Of a stretch of 64,000 nucleotides of DNA, positions 21,447 to 30,840 are shown one piece after another. The notes below the pieces were generated by a model. The model was not told the origin of the DNA. It made no database searches and saw only the letters and a program-made list of their open reading frames with translations. Origin of the DNA: Urechidicola sp. (GTDB taxonomy: Bacteria; Bacteroidota; Bacteroidia; Flavobacteriales; Flavobacteriaceae); assembly GCA_965248525.1 (NCBI GenBank), contig CBDFJO010000003.1:41727-105726 (forward strand), written 5' to 3'. The translations under genes and the position numbers were made by a program. Numbering within the stretch: the stretch's first letter is position 1; the number at the start of each line of letters is the position of its first letter.

Positions 21447-22756
21447 TTATTAAATGTTTTATTGTATTCTAGGTATTTTGTTTTATCGACTTTAACGGCA
21501 TTCCAAATGTCCAAAACCATTATTTCAATGCGTTTATCAACCAAATTTTGAATATCATTTCTATACGTTTGGTAATCGTCGTAATGTGTTTCAGATAAAT
21601 GATTGAATTTATTTTGAAAATAGGTCAAAGGATTAAACCAATAGGTTTTAGAAATAAATTCATTTTTAGACTGGCTATCGTCTTCTATATTGGCAGTAGC
21701 ATTTTTCATTACAATATTAATTAACGCTTCCATAGAATTTCGTCGTGCTCTTTTAATACTAATGCTATCTTTTGCTATTTCCGTTTGTTTTAAACTTGGG
21801 TATAAATCAAAAAGTTGCTTATCGATTATTTGGCTTTCTTGTTTATAGATGTCGGCTGTTTTGTCTCTTTTAGTGTCTATAATGTCAATCATTAAATTAG
21901 TTGGTTTTTCAATAGATATCCATTGTTGTATGGCAGCAGGAATAATAAATGCAAAAAGTAACCAAATTCCTATCATTTGTAAAGTATTTGAAATTGTATT
22001 TTCCCCATATTTCAGAATTAAAAAATAAATGACTGTCCAAAATATAAGATAAACTGCTACCCAAATAAAAATATTCCAAAACGTTGTATCTGTTTCAAAA
22101 ACATTGGTAAGCATAGCTCCATAAACTAATAAACCAAACAATATCGACAAAAGTAGTATAACGTAAAACGCAGTTCGTGATAGTATCCACCAATTTTTAG
22201 CCCCTGTTTGTACAAATACGAGTGGTAAAAAACCTTGCTCTGCTTCTAAACCTTTTATATTGTATAATAAAATCAGTAATAAAAGCGGTAATAGAAATAG
22301 GACTACAAATGAAAAATCTAATGTACCTGACTGAATACGCTCTGGATTGGCAATTTCTTTTGCCATATCTGAATCATAAGGACTACTTGATGTGCTAATT
22401 GCTTTATAGAACCCGTATTGTTCTGCTTGACCAATATTATAAACGATAGCTGGCGACGGTTTTTTATAATGGTAGGTTGGCGTATTCCAAATAGCCCAAA
22501 ATGGCTTTGTATTATCTACCCAAGGTCTATCTTTTGGTCCTTTTTCTCCGTTTTCGAAATAAGAGACTATAATTTCTTTTTTGGTTTCTGCTTCTTTAGT
22601 TATCCTTTCGATTTCGGCATTTTGCTTTTCATATAAATCTGCTCCATTTTGTAAACCATAAATACTTGCAATGATAAAAAGTATTAGTGCTACAATTTTA
22701 AAAGGACTACGGACAAAATGTTTATATTCGTATAAAAATATGTTTAAAGGTCTCAT
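21443..22756 (-). CDS. ABC-2 permease-like / DUF3526 membrane protein
   Basis: Multiple TM helices, LDFSFVVLFLLPL, operonic with 22753-24162. Confidence 0.75.
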   Translation of the reverse strand: MRPLNIFLYEYKHFVRSPFKIVALILFIIASIYGLQNGADLYEKQNAEIERITKEAETKKEIIVSYFENGEKGPKDRPWVDNTKPFWAIWNTPTYHYKKPSPAIVYNIGQAEQYGFYKAISTSSSPYDSDMAKEIANPERIQSGTLDFSFVVLFLLPLLLLILLYNIKGLEAEQGFLPLVFVQTGAKNWWILSRTAFYVILLLSILFGLLVYGAMLTNVFETDTTFWNIFIWVAVYLIFWTVIYFLILKYGENTISNTLQMIGIWLLFAFIIPAAIQQWISIEKPTNLMIDIIDTKRDKTADIYKQESQIIDKQLFDLYPSLKQTEIAKDSISIKRARRNSMEALINIVMKNATANIEDDSQSKNEFISKTYWFNPLTYFQNKFNHLSETHYDDYQTYRNDIQNLVDKRIEIMVLDIWNAVKVDKTKYLEYNKTFNK

Positions 22757-24162
22757 CCGTTTTCAATTTTTTTAGTTCCGAAATGAATAAGTATTATAAC
22801 CAGCACTGACCAAAAAGCTAGTAATACCAAGTCTAATAGATAGTTTGGTAAAACTTTGGAAAGCTTAGTGGGTTTATAATCAAAGTCAGGAACAGATTTA
22901 AAAAATCCGTTATCTTCTTTCCAACCCCAATCTCCTGTTTTAGAACCTCCGAAGGTTTGCTTATCGTTCAACATTTTAATAAAAACACGTCTATAATTTT
23001 CTACTTGCAACAAAAATTCTTGATGATGTAAGTTGTCACTAGCCATAAAACCCATACTGGTGTTTTGTAATGAGATAAATGGATTAACAATTCCTCCTAA
23101 TTGAAAGCTTTGCTTTTGTTCACGAAGAATCTTACGATTATTCCCAAAATGCTTGTCCCAAACACTATTTCCGTATTCTTCATCGGCTTGCATACGTATA
23201 CCATCAAAATTTATGGGTAGTTGCGATAAGTCATCTACATCATACTCTTTAAGTACTTTTTCTTTTAATGCTAAGCCTCTTTTGTCTCTTGGGTTGTGAC
23301 CGTCTATACCTGCAGAGCGGTCTTCTTTCATTGCGGTTTGAAATTGGTTTCTACTAGGAAGTGGATGCCATTTTTCTGCAGAACTCATTAAAATATTGGG
23401 TAAAAAAATCGTCCAAATTATCCAAATACCTAACATTGAAGTTAAAGCAAGTGTCGCGTTTTGCCATCGAGCAGAAAAGAAAACAGTAAGTCCACTAATA
23501 GTAAAATAGTATAAGGCGTAGGATAAAAAGAACAATCCTGTTCTGGTTAAAATTTCAGAAGTGATACTTTTAAGATTTAAAATGCCATAAACCACAACAA
23601 CAAAGCTTAATAGCAACAAACTATACAGCCAAACAGAAAGGGTTTTAGATAAAATAATTTGTAATGGTTTTGCACCTTGTAGTATGAGTAATTTTAGTCT
23701 TCCGCTTTGTTTTTCGCTACTAACTGAATTAAAGGCTAAAAAAATGAGTAAAAGTGGAACTATATATTGTAGTAGAAGTGAAGACTTTAATTTTCCAAAT
23801 CTTGAAATCGCCTGCATTTGCGATGCTTCAGAATGTATAATTTCATTTTGCACGTGTCCTTCAACACGAAGTACATTTCCTGTAACACTATTAACACCTT
23901 CATCTAAACTGCTCAATAAATTAGCAGGTTTAAACACATACGTGCCATAATGTGCTGCACTGTGAGGATTCATTTCGTCAATGCTTACCCATTGCTGACG
24001 TACATGGTCTTTAGCACTTTGATGTGTTTGTTCTTGCTTTTGTGTTTGATAATTTCCTAAAAAAACAGAGACTAACAAGATGGAAATAAAAGCAATGCTG
24101 ATACCTAAAAAAATACGACTACGGACTAAAAATCGCCATTCGTTTTTGATGATTTGCAACAT
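22753..24162 (-). CDS. ABC-2 permease-like / DUF3526 membrane protein
   Basis: NPHSAAHYGTYVFKP, SSEKQSGRLKLL. Confidence 0.78.
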   Translation of the reverse strand: MLQIIKNEWRFLVRSRIFLGISIAFISILLVSVFLGNYQTQKQEQTHQSAKDHVRQQWVSIDEMNPHSAAHYGTYVFKPANLLSSLDEGVNSVTGNVLRVEGHVQNEIIHSEASQMQAISRFGKLKSSLLLQYIVPLLLIFLAFNSVSSEKQSGRLKLLILQGAKPLQIILSKTLSVWLYSLLLLSFVVVVYGILNLKSITSEILTRTGLFFLSYALYYFTISGLTVFFSARWQNATLALTSMLGIWIIWTIFLPNILMSSAEKWHPLPSRNQFQTAMKEDRSAGIDGHNPRDKRGLALKEKVLKEYDVDDLSQLPINFDGIRMQADEEYGNSVWDKHFGNNRKILREQKQSFQLGGIVNPFISLQNTSMGFMASDNLHHQEFLLQVENYRRVFIKMLNDKQTFGGSKTGDWGWKEDNGFFKSVPDFDYKPTKLSKVLPNYLLDLVLLAFWSVLVIILIHFGTKKIENG

Positions 24163-24172
24163 AACATTCTTA

Positions 24173-24874
24173 TTAGTTTTGCATAAATTTTAAATACAAA
24201 TTTTCGAGTTCATTAGCACTTACATCTTCACTATTTAGTTCTTTAACTAAAATTCCATTTTTAAGAATACCAATGTGATTACATACCTCACGTACACGAA
24301 AAATATCATGTGAAGCCATTAAAATAGTTGCACCTTCTGAAGCTAATTTTTTTAGAAGAATAGAAAGTTCATTACTCGCTAAAGGGTCTAAACCACTCGC
24401 AGGTTCATCTAATAAATAGACCTTTGCTTTTTTTGCGTAAGCAATAGCAATGCCTACTTTCTGTCTCATTCCTTTGGAATATCCACTTACTTTTTTGGTA
24501 TGTTCCTTAGTTTCTAATCCGCAAATCGTTAGGTAGTTTTCAAGTTCATTTTTAGAATATTTTAATCCTGCTAACTTGCAGAAATAATCTAAATTTTCTG
24601 ATCCAGATAAATAAGGATATAGATTTACATTTTCAGGAATATAGCCAATAAGTTTTCTAGTCTCTTTTGAATTATGGATAGAGTCTATATCATTGATACG
24701 TATCTTTCCAAAATCTGGATTAAGAAACCCCAATAACATATTTATAGTAGTAGATTTTCCTGCACCATTTGCACCCAAAAGTCCTAAAATCTGACCTTTA
24801 TCGACTTCTAAATCTAAGTTTTGAATAGCGATATTTCCTTTAAATGACTTGCTAACGTTTTGTAATTGTATCAT
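24173..24874 (-). CDS. ABC transporter ATP-binding protein
   Basis: GANGAGKST, YSKGMRQ, LDEP, SHD. Confidence 0.92.
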   Translation of the reverse strand: MIQLQNVSKSFKGNIAIQNLDLEVDKGQILGLLGANGAGKSTTINMLLGFLNPDFGKIRINDIDSIHNSKETRKLIGYIPENVNLYPYLSGSENLDYFCKLAGLKYSKNELENYLTICGLETKEHTKKVSGYSKGMRQKVGIAIAYAKKAKVYLLDEPASGLDPLASNELSILLKKLASEGATILMASHDIFRVREVCNHIGILKNGILVKELNSEDVSANELENLYLKFMQN

Positions 24875-24890
24875 AAAAATAGCTTGTTAA

Positions 24891-24944
24891 TGCAACCAAG
24901 TTGCGAAAATAGAAAATAAAATTTGCAATTGCAACACAGTTGCA
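24891..24944. promoter_or_regulatory. Two palindromic TGCAAC-N3-GTTGC operator-like boxes
   Basis: tgcaaccaagttgcg (24891-24905) and tgcaacacagttgca (24930-24944) between divergent ABC and Fur-like genes. Confidence 0.55.
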
Positions 24945-24959
24945 TTAATTTTGTCATTA

Positions 24960-25263
24960 ATAAAAATTATTAGAAAAACAAAAGCTGTAACTATAGTACT
25001 CCAAATTTTTGAAGAGAGAAACGAAGCCAAATTAGTAGTGCGTCTCATAGAACTTTTAATGGAAAAGATGGTTTAAAGTGGTATGCTAAATGTGAGGGAT
25101 GTTCTGCTAATCATCATTCGGACAAGCATCCACATTTCCAATGCACTAAATGCGATAAAGTCGAGTGTTTGTCTTTAGATATTAAAATTCCTACCATAAA
25201 AATCATAAAGTAGATTCTTCAGACATTCTCTTAATGGGGCAATGTGAAGTTTGTAGTTTGTGA
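24960..25263 (+). pseudogene. Fur-family metalloregulator, decayed
   Basis: IIRKTKAV start without ATG; KWYAKC...HPHFQCTKC...GQCEVC; internal deletion and frameshifts. Confidence 0.72.
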
Positions 25264-25274
25264 GTATTGGTTAC

Positions 25275-25327
25275 AACATATGGATAACCCTATTGTGGTT
25301 ATATTTTATATTCTTGTCAACGATTAC
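25275..25327 (-). other. attI-like head fused to IS1182 terminal remnant
   Basis: aac-atatggataaccctattgtggttatat then tattcttgt(g)caacgattac. Confidence 0.7.
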
Positions 25328-25600
25328 TTGTGTTAGCAAAAGTGCTTATAAATTACAATGTTCAGCTTTCTCTCTTTTTTCTTCTGTAAAACGAAAGGTA
25401 AATTCAAATTCTAGTTCACTGATTTCTTTTCTATTTTCATAGTTTTCAATTTCAGTTAAACCAAGTTCACACTCTGAATTATTACCATAAATAAAAACAC
25501 GACTACCACTAATCTCTACAAATGGATCATAATTATTTATTAAAGGTTTTTTACCGTATTCATAAGCATTAAATAAGCGATTTAAAATTATTTCGGATGT

Positions 25601-26623
25601 TTAAATACCTAAGCTATTAAACAACTCTTTTAATTCCTTCATAGAAGGCCTAGGCGCATTAGGAGTTATGATATTTCCTTTTGGATCGATTAAAATGAAT
25701 CTTGGAATCCCTTCTATCTTATAGTTTTTTATAAACTCAGATTTCCCTGCTTTGTCAGCTAATAATTGAATTCCCCCTAGTTTTTTTTCTTTAATCATCG
25801 TTTTCCATTTGTCATAATCTTTAGGTTTGTCTATAGAAAGACTTACAAACTCAATGTTTTTACCGTGGTAAGCTTTCTCTACTTCTTTTAAGTAAGGAAT
25901 TTCAGCTAGACAAGGACGGCACCAAGTAGCCCAAACATCAATATAGACATACTTTCCTTTTAAATCATCTAAAGAAGTCTTTCCACCAGCATTGTTTTCA
26001 TATGCTATAAATTTTGGAGAGGTTTTTCCTTTTCCTAAAGCAGTTTTTATGTAAGATGCCTTTTCTTGAAGACTTCCTAGATATTTCTTTAATCTGGCAA
26101 ATCCTAATTTCTCGTTTGCAACAAAAGCAGTATCTAAACCAGATACTCCATCAAGGTTTTTCATGAAATCACTTTCAACAGTTTCTAATTTTGCAACGAA
26201 ATTTTCTTTGCTCATCTCAAACATAGTTTTATTTGCAAGAAGAGCCTCTTGGTTTAATATTTTTTTAGCTAAATAGTTATTAGCCTCAGCACCACTTCCA
26301 GTATAAACAATAGTTTCATCAAACTGCTTCGTGTCTAAAGTTAAATGTACATCTTGACCATTTTTAAGGTAAAGATCAGTATCTTCTGTCCCATCGGATA
26401 ACCAAAAACCACCAGTTACTACTTTTAAAGTATCACTAAAAGCACCATCAGTAGCAACAGTAATTCGCTTTTTAAAGTTTCCGTCTGTATCTGATATGAC
26501 TAAGGAGTCAGAATTTTGATTTGTTATTTTTCCTGAAAACGTAACATAGTCCTTAGCCTCTTGTTTACAGGCAACTACTATTAAAGCAGCAATAGTCAAG
26601 TACATTAATTTTTTTATTTTCAT
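25601..26623 (-). CDS. TlpA-family thioredoxin-like lipoprotein, copy 1
   Basis: Lipobox VVAC; WATWCRPC; IPRFILIDPKG. Confidence 0.88.
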   Translation of the reverse strand: MKIKKLMYLTIAALIVVACKQEAKDYVTFSGKITNQNSDSLVISDTDGNFKKRITVATDGAFSDTLKVVTGGFWLSDGTEDTDLYLKNGQDVHLTLDTKQFDETIVYTGSGAEANNYLAKKILNQEALLANKTMFEMSKENFVAKLETVESDFMKNLDGVSGLDTAFVANEKLGFARLKKYLGSLQEKASYIKTALGKGKTSPKFIAYENNAGGKTSLDDLKGKYVYIDVWATWCRPCLAEIPYLKEVEKAYHGKNIEFVSLSIDKPKDYDKWKTMIKEKKLGGIQLLADKAGKSEFIKNYKIEGIPRFILIDPKGNIITPNAPRPSMKELKELFNSLGI

Positions 26624-26666
26624 AATTTTTTGTTTTAAAGGTTAATGTTCATTTTACATTTTTACT

Positions 26667-26720
26667 AACATATGTATAACCCTATTGTGGTTATATTTTA
26701 TATTCTTGTGCAACGATTAC
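26667..26720 (-). other. attI-like head fused to IS1182 terminal remnant
   Basis: aac-atatgtataaccctattgtggttatat then tattcttgtgcaacgattac. Confidence 0.7.
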
Positions 26721-26990
26721 TTGTGTTAGCAAAAGTGCTTATAAATTACAATGTTCAGCTTTCTCTCTTTTTTCTTCTGTAAAACGAAAGGTAAATTCAA
26801 ATTCTAGTTCACTGATTTCTTTTCTATTTTCATAGTTTTCAATTTCAGTTAAACCAAGTTCACACTCTGAATTATTACCATAAATAAAAACACGACTACC
26901 ACTAATCTCTACAAATGGATCATAATTATTTATTAAAGGTTTTTTACCGTATTCATAAGCATTAAATAAGCGATTTAAAATTATTTCGGA

Positions 26991-28013
26991 TTAAATACCT
27001 AAGCTATCAAACAACTCTTTTAATTCCTTCATAGAAGGCCTAGGCGCATTATGAGTTATGATATTTCCTTTTGGATCGATTAAAATGAATCTTGGAATCT
27101 CTTCTATCCTATAGTTTTTTAAAAACTCAGATTTCCCTGTTGTTGTTCTGTCAGCTAATAATTGAATTCCCCCTAGTTTTTTTTCTTTAATCATCGTTTT
27201 CCATTTGTCATGATCTTTAGGTTCGTCTATAGAAAGACTTACAAACTCAATGTTTTTACCGTGGTAAGCTTTCTCTACTTCTTTTAAGTAAGGAATTTCA
27301 GCTAGACAAGGACGGCACCAAGTAGCCCAAATATCAATATAGACATACTTTCCTTTTAAATCATCTAAAGAAGTCTTTCCACCAGCATTGTTTTCATATG
27401 CTATAAATTTTGGAGAGGGTTTTCCTTTTCCTAAAACAGTTTTTATGTAAGATGCCTTTTCTTGAAGAATTCCTAGAAATCTCTTTAATCCGACAAATCC
27501 TAATTTCTCGCTTGCAACAAAAGCAGTATCTAAACCAGATACTCCATCAAGGTTTTTCATAAAATCACTTTCAATAGTTTCTAATTTTGCATCGAAATCT
27601 TCTTTGCTCATCTCAAGCAGAGTTTTATTTGTAAAAAGATCTCCTTGGTTTAATACTTTTTTAGCTAAATAGTTATTAGCCTCAGCACCACTTCCAGTAT
27701 AAACAACAGTTTCATCAAACTGCTTCGTGTCTAAAGTTAAATGTACATCTTGACCATTTTTAAGGTAAAGATTAGTCTGTTCTTTCCCATCTTGTAACCA
27801 AAAACCACCAGTTACTACTTTTAAAGTATCACTAAAAGTACCATCAGCAGCAACAGTAATTCGCTTTTTAAAGGTTCCGAATCCTATGAGTAAGGAGTCA
27901 GAATTTTGATTTGTTATTTTTCCTGAAAACGTAACATAGTCCTTAGCCTCTTGTTTACAGGCAACTACTATTAAAGTAGCAATAGTCAAGTACATTAATT
28001 TTTTCATTTTCAT
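26991..28013 (-). CDS. TlpA-family thioredoxin-like lipoprotein, copy 2
   Basis: Paralog of 25601-26623; WATWCRPC. Confidence 0.88.
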   Translation of the reverse strand: MKMKKLMYLTIATLIVVACKQEAKDYVTFSGKITNQNSDSLLIGFGTFKKRITVAADGTFSDTLKVVTGGFWLQDGKEQTNLYLKNGQDVHLTLDTKQFDETVVYTGSGAEANNYLAKKVLNQGDLFTNKTLLEMSKEDFDAKLETIESDFMKNLDGVSGLDTAFVASEKLGFVGLKRFLGILQEKASYIKTVLGKGKPSPKFIAYENNAGGKTSLDDLKGKYVYIDIWATWCRPCLAEIPYLKEVEKAYHGKNIEFVSLSIDEPKDHDKWKTMIKEKKLGGIQLLADRTTTGKSEFLKNYRIEEIPRFILIDPKGNIITHNAPRPSMKELKELFDSLGI

Positions 28014-28078
28014 AATTTTTTGTTTTAAAGGTTTAAAGGTTAATGTTCAAAGGTTAATGTTCATTTTATATTTTTACT

Positions 28079-28127
28079 AACATACGTATAACCTATTGTG
28101 GTTATATTTTATACGTCCGCAAATGTA
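28079..28127 (-). promoter_or_regulatory. Array head: attI-like site with TAnnTTTG promoter box firing into the array
   Basis: Minus strand tacatttg (28120-28127) ... tataaccacaataggttata-cgtat-G|TTAGT. Confidence 0.68.
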
Positions 28128-28431
28128 CAATTAATTTCTATTAATTCAAGTACTGTTTAATTTATTTTTTAGATGTACAATTATATTACGAATAAGGCAA
28201 AAAATAGAAGCTTATTACAGGGCAAACTCACACTTTATATTTCAAGAAAGTTATCTTGCTGAATATAAAGAGGTTATTATTTTTCAAATTCTTGATTTTA
28301 GAAATCTTACATTTTTAACACATTAATTATCAGCAAAATTTAAAAAGGTATGAGTTTGCCCTGGGTTTATTATGATATGGCATATCTGTCTTTGCAAGAA
28401 GAACAAAGATATAATTTTAAAAACAACTTTT

Positions 28432-29094
28432 CTATTTTCTATTCTCAATAAACGTATCCATCTTTTCTTGAGGAATAAACCCTTTTGAAACAAGTGCCAA
28501 TCCTAATATTATTAATATAATTCCTATTCCTCGTTTTATTTTAAGGATTACGTTTGGTGTGAGTTTTTCCCGTAGTTGTTTTGCAAGGACGATTTTACCA
28601 ATATCAGTAATGAAATATGAAATAAGAATAGCGGCAAAAAACCAAAAAATTCGGAATTCATCCATATCGAGTGACGGACCAATCCCAACAATAAGCAATA
28701 GCCAAAAAGTAAGCACTCCAACATTGATAAAATTCAAGAAAAACCCTTTTATAAACAATCCAAAATAATTATTTTTTTTAGGGAGTTCATCGAGTTCTTT
28801 TATAGTAGTTTTTGTTACTTTTTTTTGAAGAAAAGTTCCTAATCCATAAACAAAAAGAATTCCGCCACCAATAAAAAAAAGGTTAGGATCATCTTTGATT
28901 TTTAGCAATATTTGATGACTTCCATAATAAGCAAATAAAATAAAAACAATATCGGCTAAAATAACTCCTAAATCAAATAGTATTGCAGCCCTTACACCTT
29001 TTAAGATACTTGTTTGAATAAGCACAAAAAAGACAGGTCCAATCATAAATGCGAGTCCGAAACCAATAGGAATTGCTTTGAGAATATCTTCCAT
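28432..29094 (-). CDS. LysE-family translocator
   Basis: GFGLAFMIGPVFF, KGFFLNFIN. Confidence 0.82.
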   Translation of the reverse strand: MEDILKAIPIGFGLAFMIGPVFFVLIQTSILKGVRAAILFDLGVILADIVFILFAYYGSHQILLKIKDDPNLFFIGGGILFVYGLGTFLQKKVTKTTIKELDELPKKNNYFGLFIKGFFLNFINVGVLTFWLLLIVGIGPSLDMDEFRIFWFFAAILISYFITDIGKIVLAKQLREKLTPNVILKIKRGIGIILIILGLALVSKGFIPQEKMDTFIENRK

Positions 29095-29100
29095 TATTTG

Positions 29101-30144
29101 TTATACATCATCAAAATCAATAGTAATTTTTGCGGTTGTTGGGTATGCTTGACATGCCAAAATCAATCCTTCTTCTAGTTCATCATCAGTTAAAATTTCG
29201 TTTTTCATCATTGTTGCCGCCCCTTCTGTAACACGACAGAGACAACTACTACAAACGCCTCCTTGACAAGAATATGGAGCATCCAAATTTTTATTTAAAG
29301 CAACTTCTAAAATGTTTTTCTTTTGCGACATTACAAAAGTCGTTTCATCTTCATCAAGCACAACTGTTATTTCGGTATTTCCTTCAAGAAGGTCAGTTTT
29401 TTCATCATTTTCATTATCTAAAGGTACAGAAAATAACTCATAATGTATATTTTCTTTACTGATATTGTTACTAATAAGCGTTTCAGTAACTTCTTTAATC
29501 ATACTTTCAGGACCACACAAAAAGGCTTCGTCAAAAGAAGTGTTTTTATACTTATTTTTTAGAAAATAATTTACATTTCCAGTATCACATCGACCAAAAA
29601 GTGTGTCATCAGCATTTTCTTGACTGTAGATATAATGAACATTTAAATTGCTATTGTTTTTTGCTAAAGCATCTAATTCTGACTTAAAAATAGTTTCTTT
29701 TGCTGATTTATTTCCGTAAATCAATGTAAAATTACAAGCGGTTTTTAAAGCAGATTTTAACATTGCCATTACAGGAGTTATTCCACTTCCTGCAGCAAAT
29801 GCAATATAGTTTTTATTTGGTTGAGGTTCTAAAATGAATCTCCCTTCAGGTTTGGAAACCTCTAAAATAGCACCTTCTTTTAAAATCGTTGTTGCATAGA
29901 TTGAAAATGCACCGTTTTTTACTGCTTTTACTGCAACCTTAAATTCGTTGTTATTTGGTTCAGAGCATATAGAATAGGCTCTTCGAACTTCTTTTCCATT
30001 CAGTGCTTTTTTGATAGTTATGTATTGTCCTGCAATAAATTTAAAATCTGATTTTAAATTTTCTGGGACATCAAACGTAATAGAAACAGCACTTTCAGTT
30101 TCTTTTTTGATGTTTTTTATAGTGAGTTTGTGAAATTGCGCCAT
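29101..30144 (-). CDS. Ferredoxin-NADP reductase-like flavoprotein with C-terminal 2Fe-2S domain (PaaE-like)
   Basis: RAYSICS, AAGSGITP, CGP, CQGGVCSSC. Confidence 0.88.
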   Translation of the reverse strand: MAQFHKLTIKNIKKETESAVSITFDVPENLKSDFKFIAGQYITIKKALNGKEVRRAYSICSEPNNNEFKVAVKAVKNGAFSIYATTILKEGAILEVSKPEGRFILEPQPNKNYIAFAAGSGITPVMAMLKSALKTACNFTLIYGNKSAKETIFKSELDALAKNNSNLNVHYIYSQENADDTLFGRCDTGNVNYFLKNKYKNTSFDEAFLCGPESMIKEVTETLISNNISKENIHYELFSVPLDNENDEKTDLLEGNTEITVVLDEDETTFVMSQKKNILEVALNKNLDAPYSCQGGVCSSCLCRVTEGAATMMKNEILTDDELEEGLILACQAYPTTAKITIDFDDV

Positions 30145-30246
30145 TAAAATATATATTTACACTGCAAAAGTAAGAAACGAATAATACAATTTTGTAACAA
30201 ATTCATAACTTTGCCTACTAATTAAAAGAAATTAACAACAACTAAG

Positions 30247-30723
30247 ATAATTAAACACTTTTTAAGCCTTGAATGGGAACAGTTTTTCCGTTCTGCACAT
30301 TGGCAAAAAAGCAGGTCTTATTAAAAACATCAATGCTTTAGAAATTCTAAAAGACAAAGCCTTGGATTGGTTGGAAATAATGGCACAGGAAAAACATTTT
30401 TTTAATTTACTATTAGATTTAACCCAACCAACAACAGGAACTATTACTTCAAACAACATTCAAGTTGATCTAAGTGAAGATTGGAAATCCAGAAGTGATA
30501 ATTTTAGATGAGCCTTTTGCAAATTTGGATTCAACAACACAAATTAGATTAAAAAAGATGCTAAAAGAATTGGTTGATAACAAAGATGTTACAGTACTGA
30601 TTTCAAGCCACGATTTAGGACATGTAACTGAAGTTTGTGAGCAGTATTGTTGTGCTTGACAAAGGATGTTGTTAAACATTTGAAGCAACTTTAAAAGAAT
30701 TGGAAGCACATTTTGCGTTGTAA
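30247..30723 (+). pseudogene. Deletion chimera: 5' end of a DUF5687-like membrane gene fused to pieces of an ABC ATPase
   Basis: IIKHFLSLEWEQFFRS, then GLVGNNG.GK Walker A, then a jump to GNPEVIILDEPFANLD...SSHDL; several frameshifts. Confidence 0.72.
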
Positions 30724-30840
30724 GAAACCTAATAAACCAGCAACAAAACAACATATTCTGAATTAATTTGTATTTTTACAGCCCTTTAACAATATATACA
30801 AGGGAATTTAGTTAAAAACGAATACAAATTATATTCAAAT

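Larger units (their letters stand above)
25275..28081. repeat. Tandem duplication of a ~1.39-kb unit (head + IS end + orphan 3' fragment + TlpA gene)
   Basis: Units start at ~25275 and ~26667; ~270 bp of flank identical. Confidence 0.9.

Noticed and set aside
25601-28013. Diversity-generating retroelement as the cause of TlpA divergence
   Set aside because: Several differences do not involve adenine (Y/H t-c, A/V c-t, S/I g-t), they span the whole gene, and no intact RT or template repeat is in the window.
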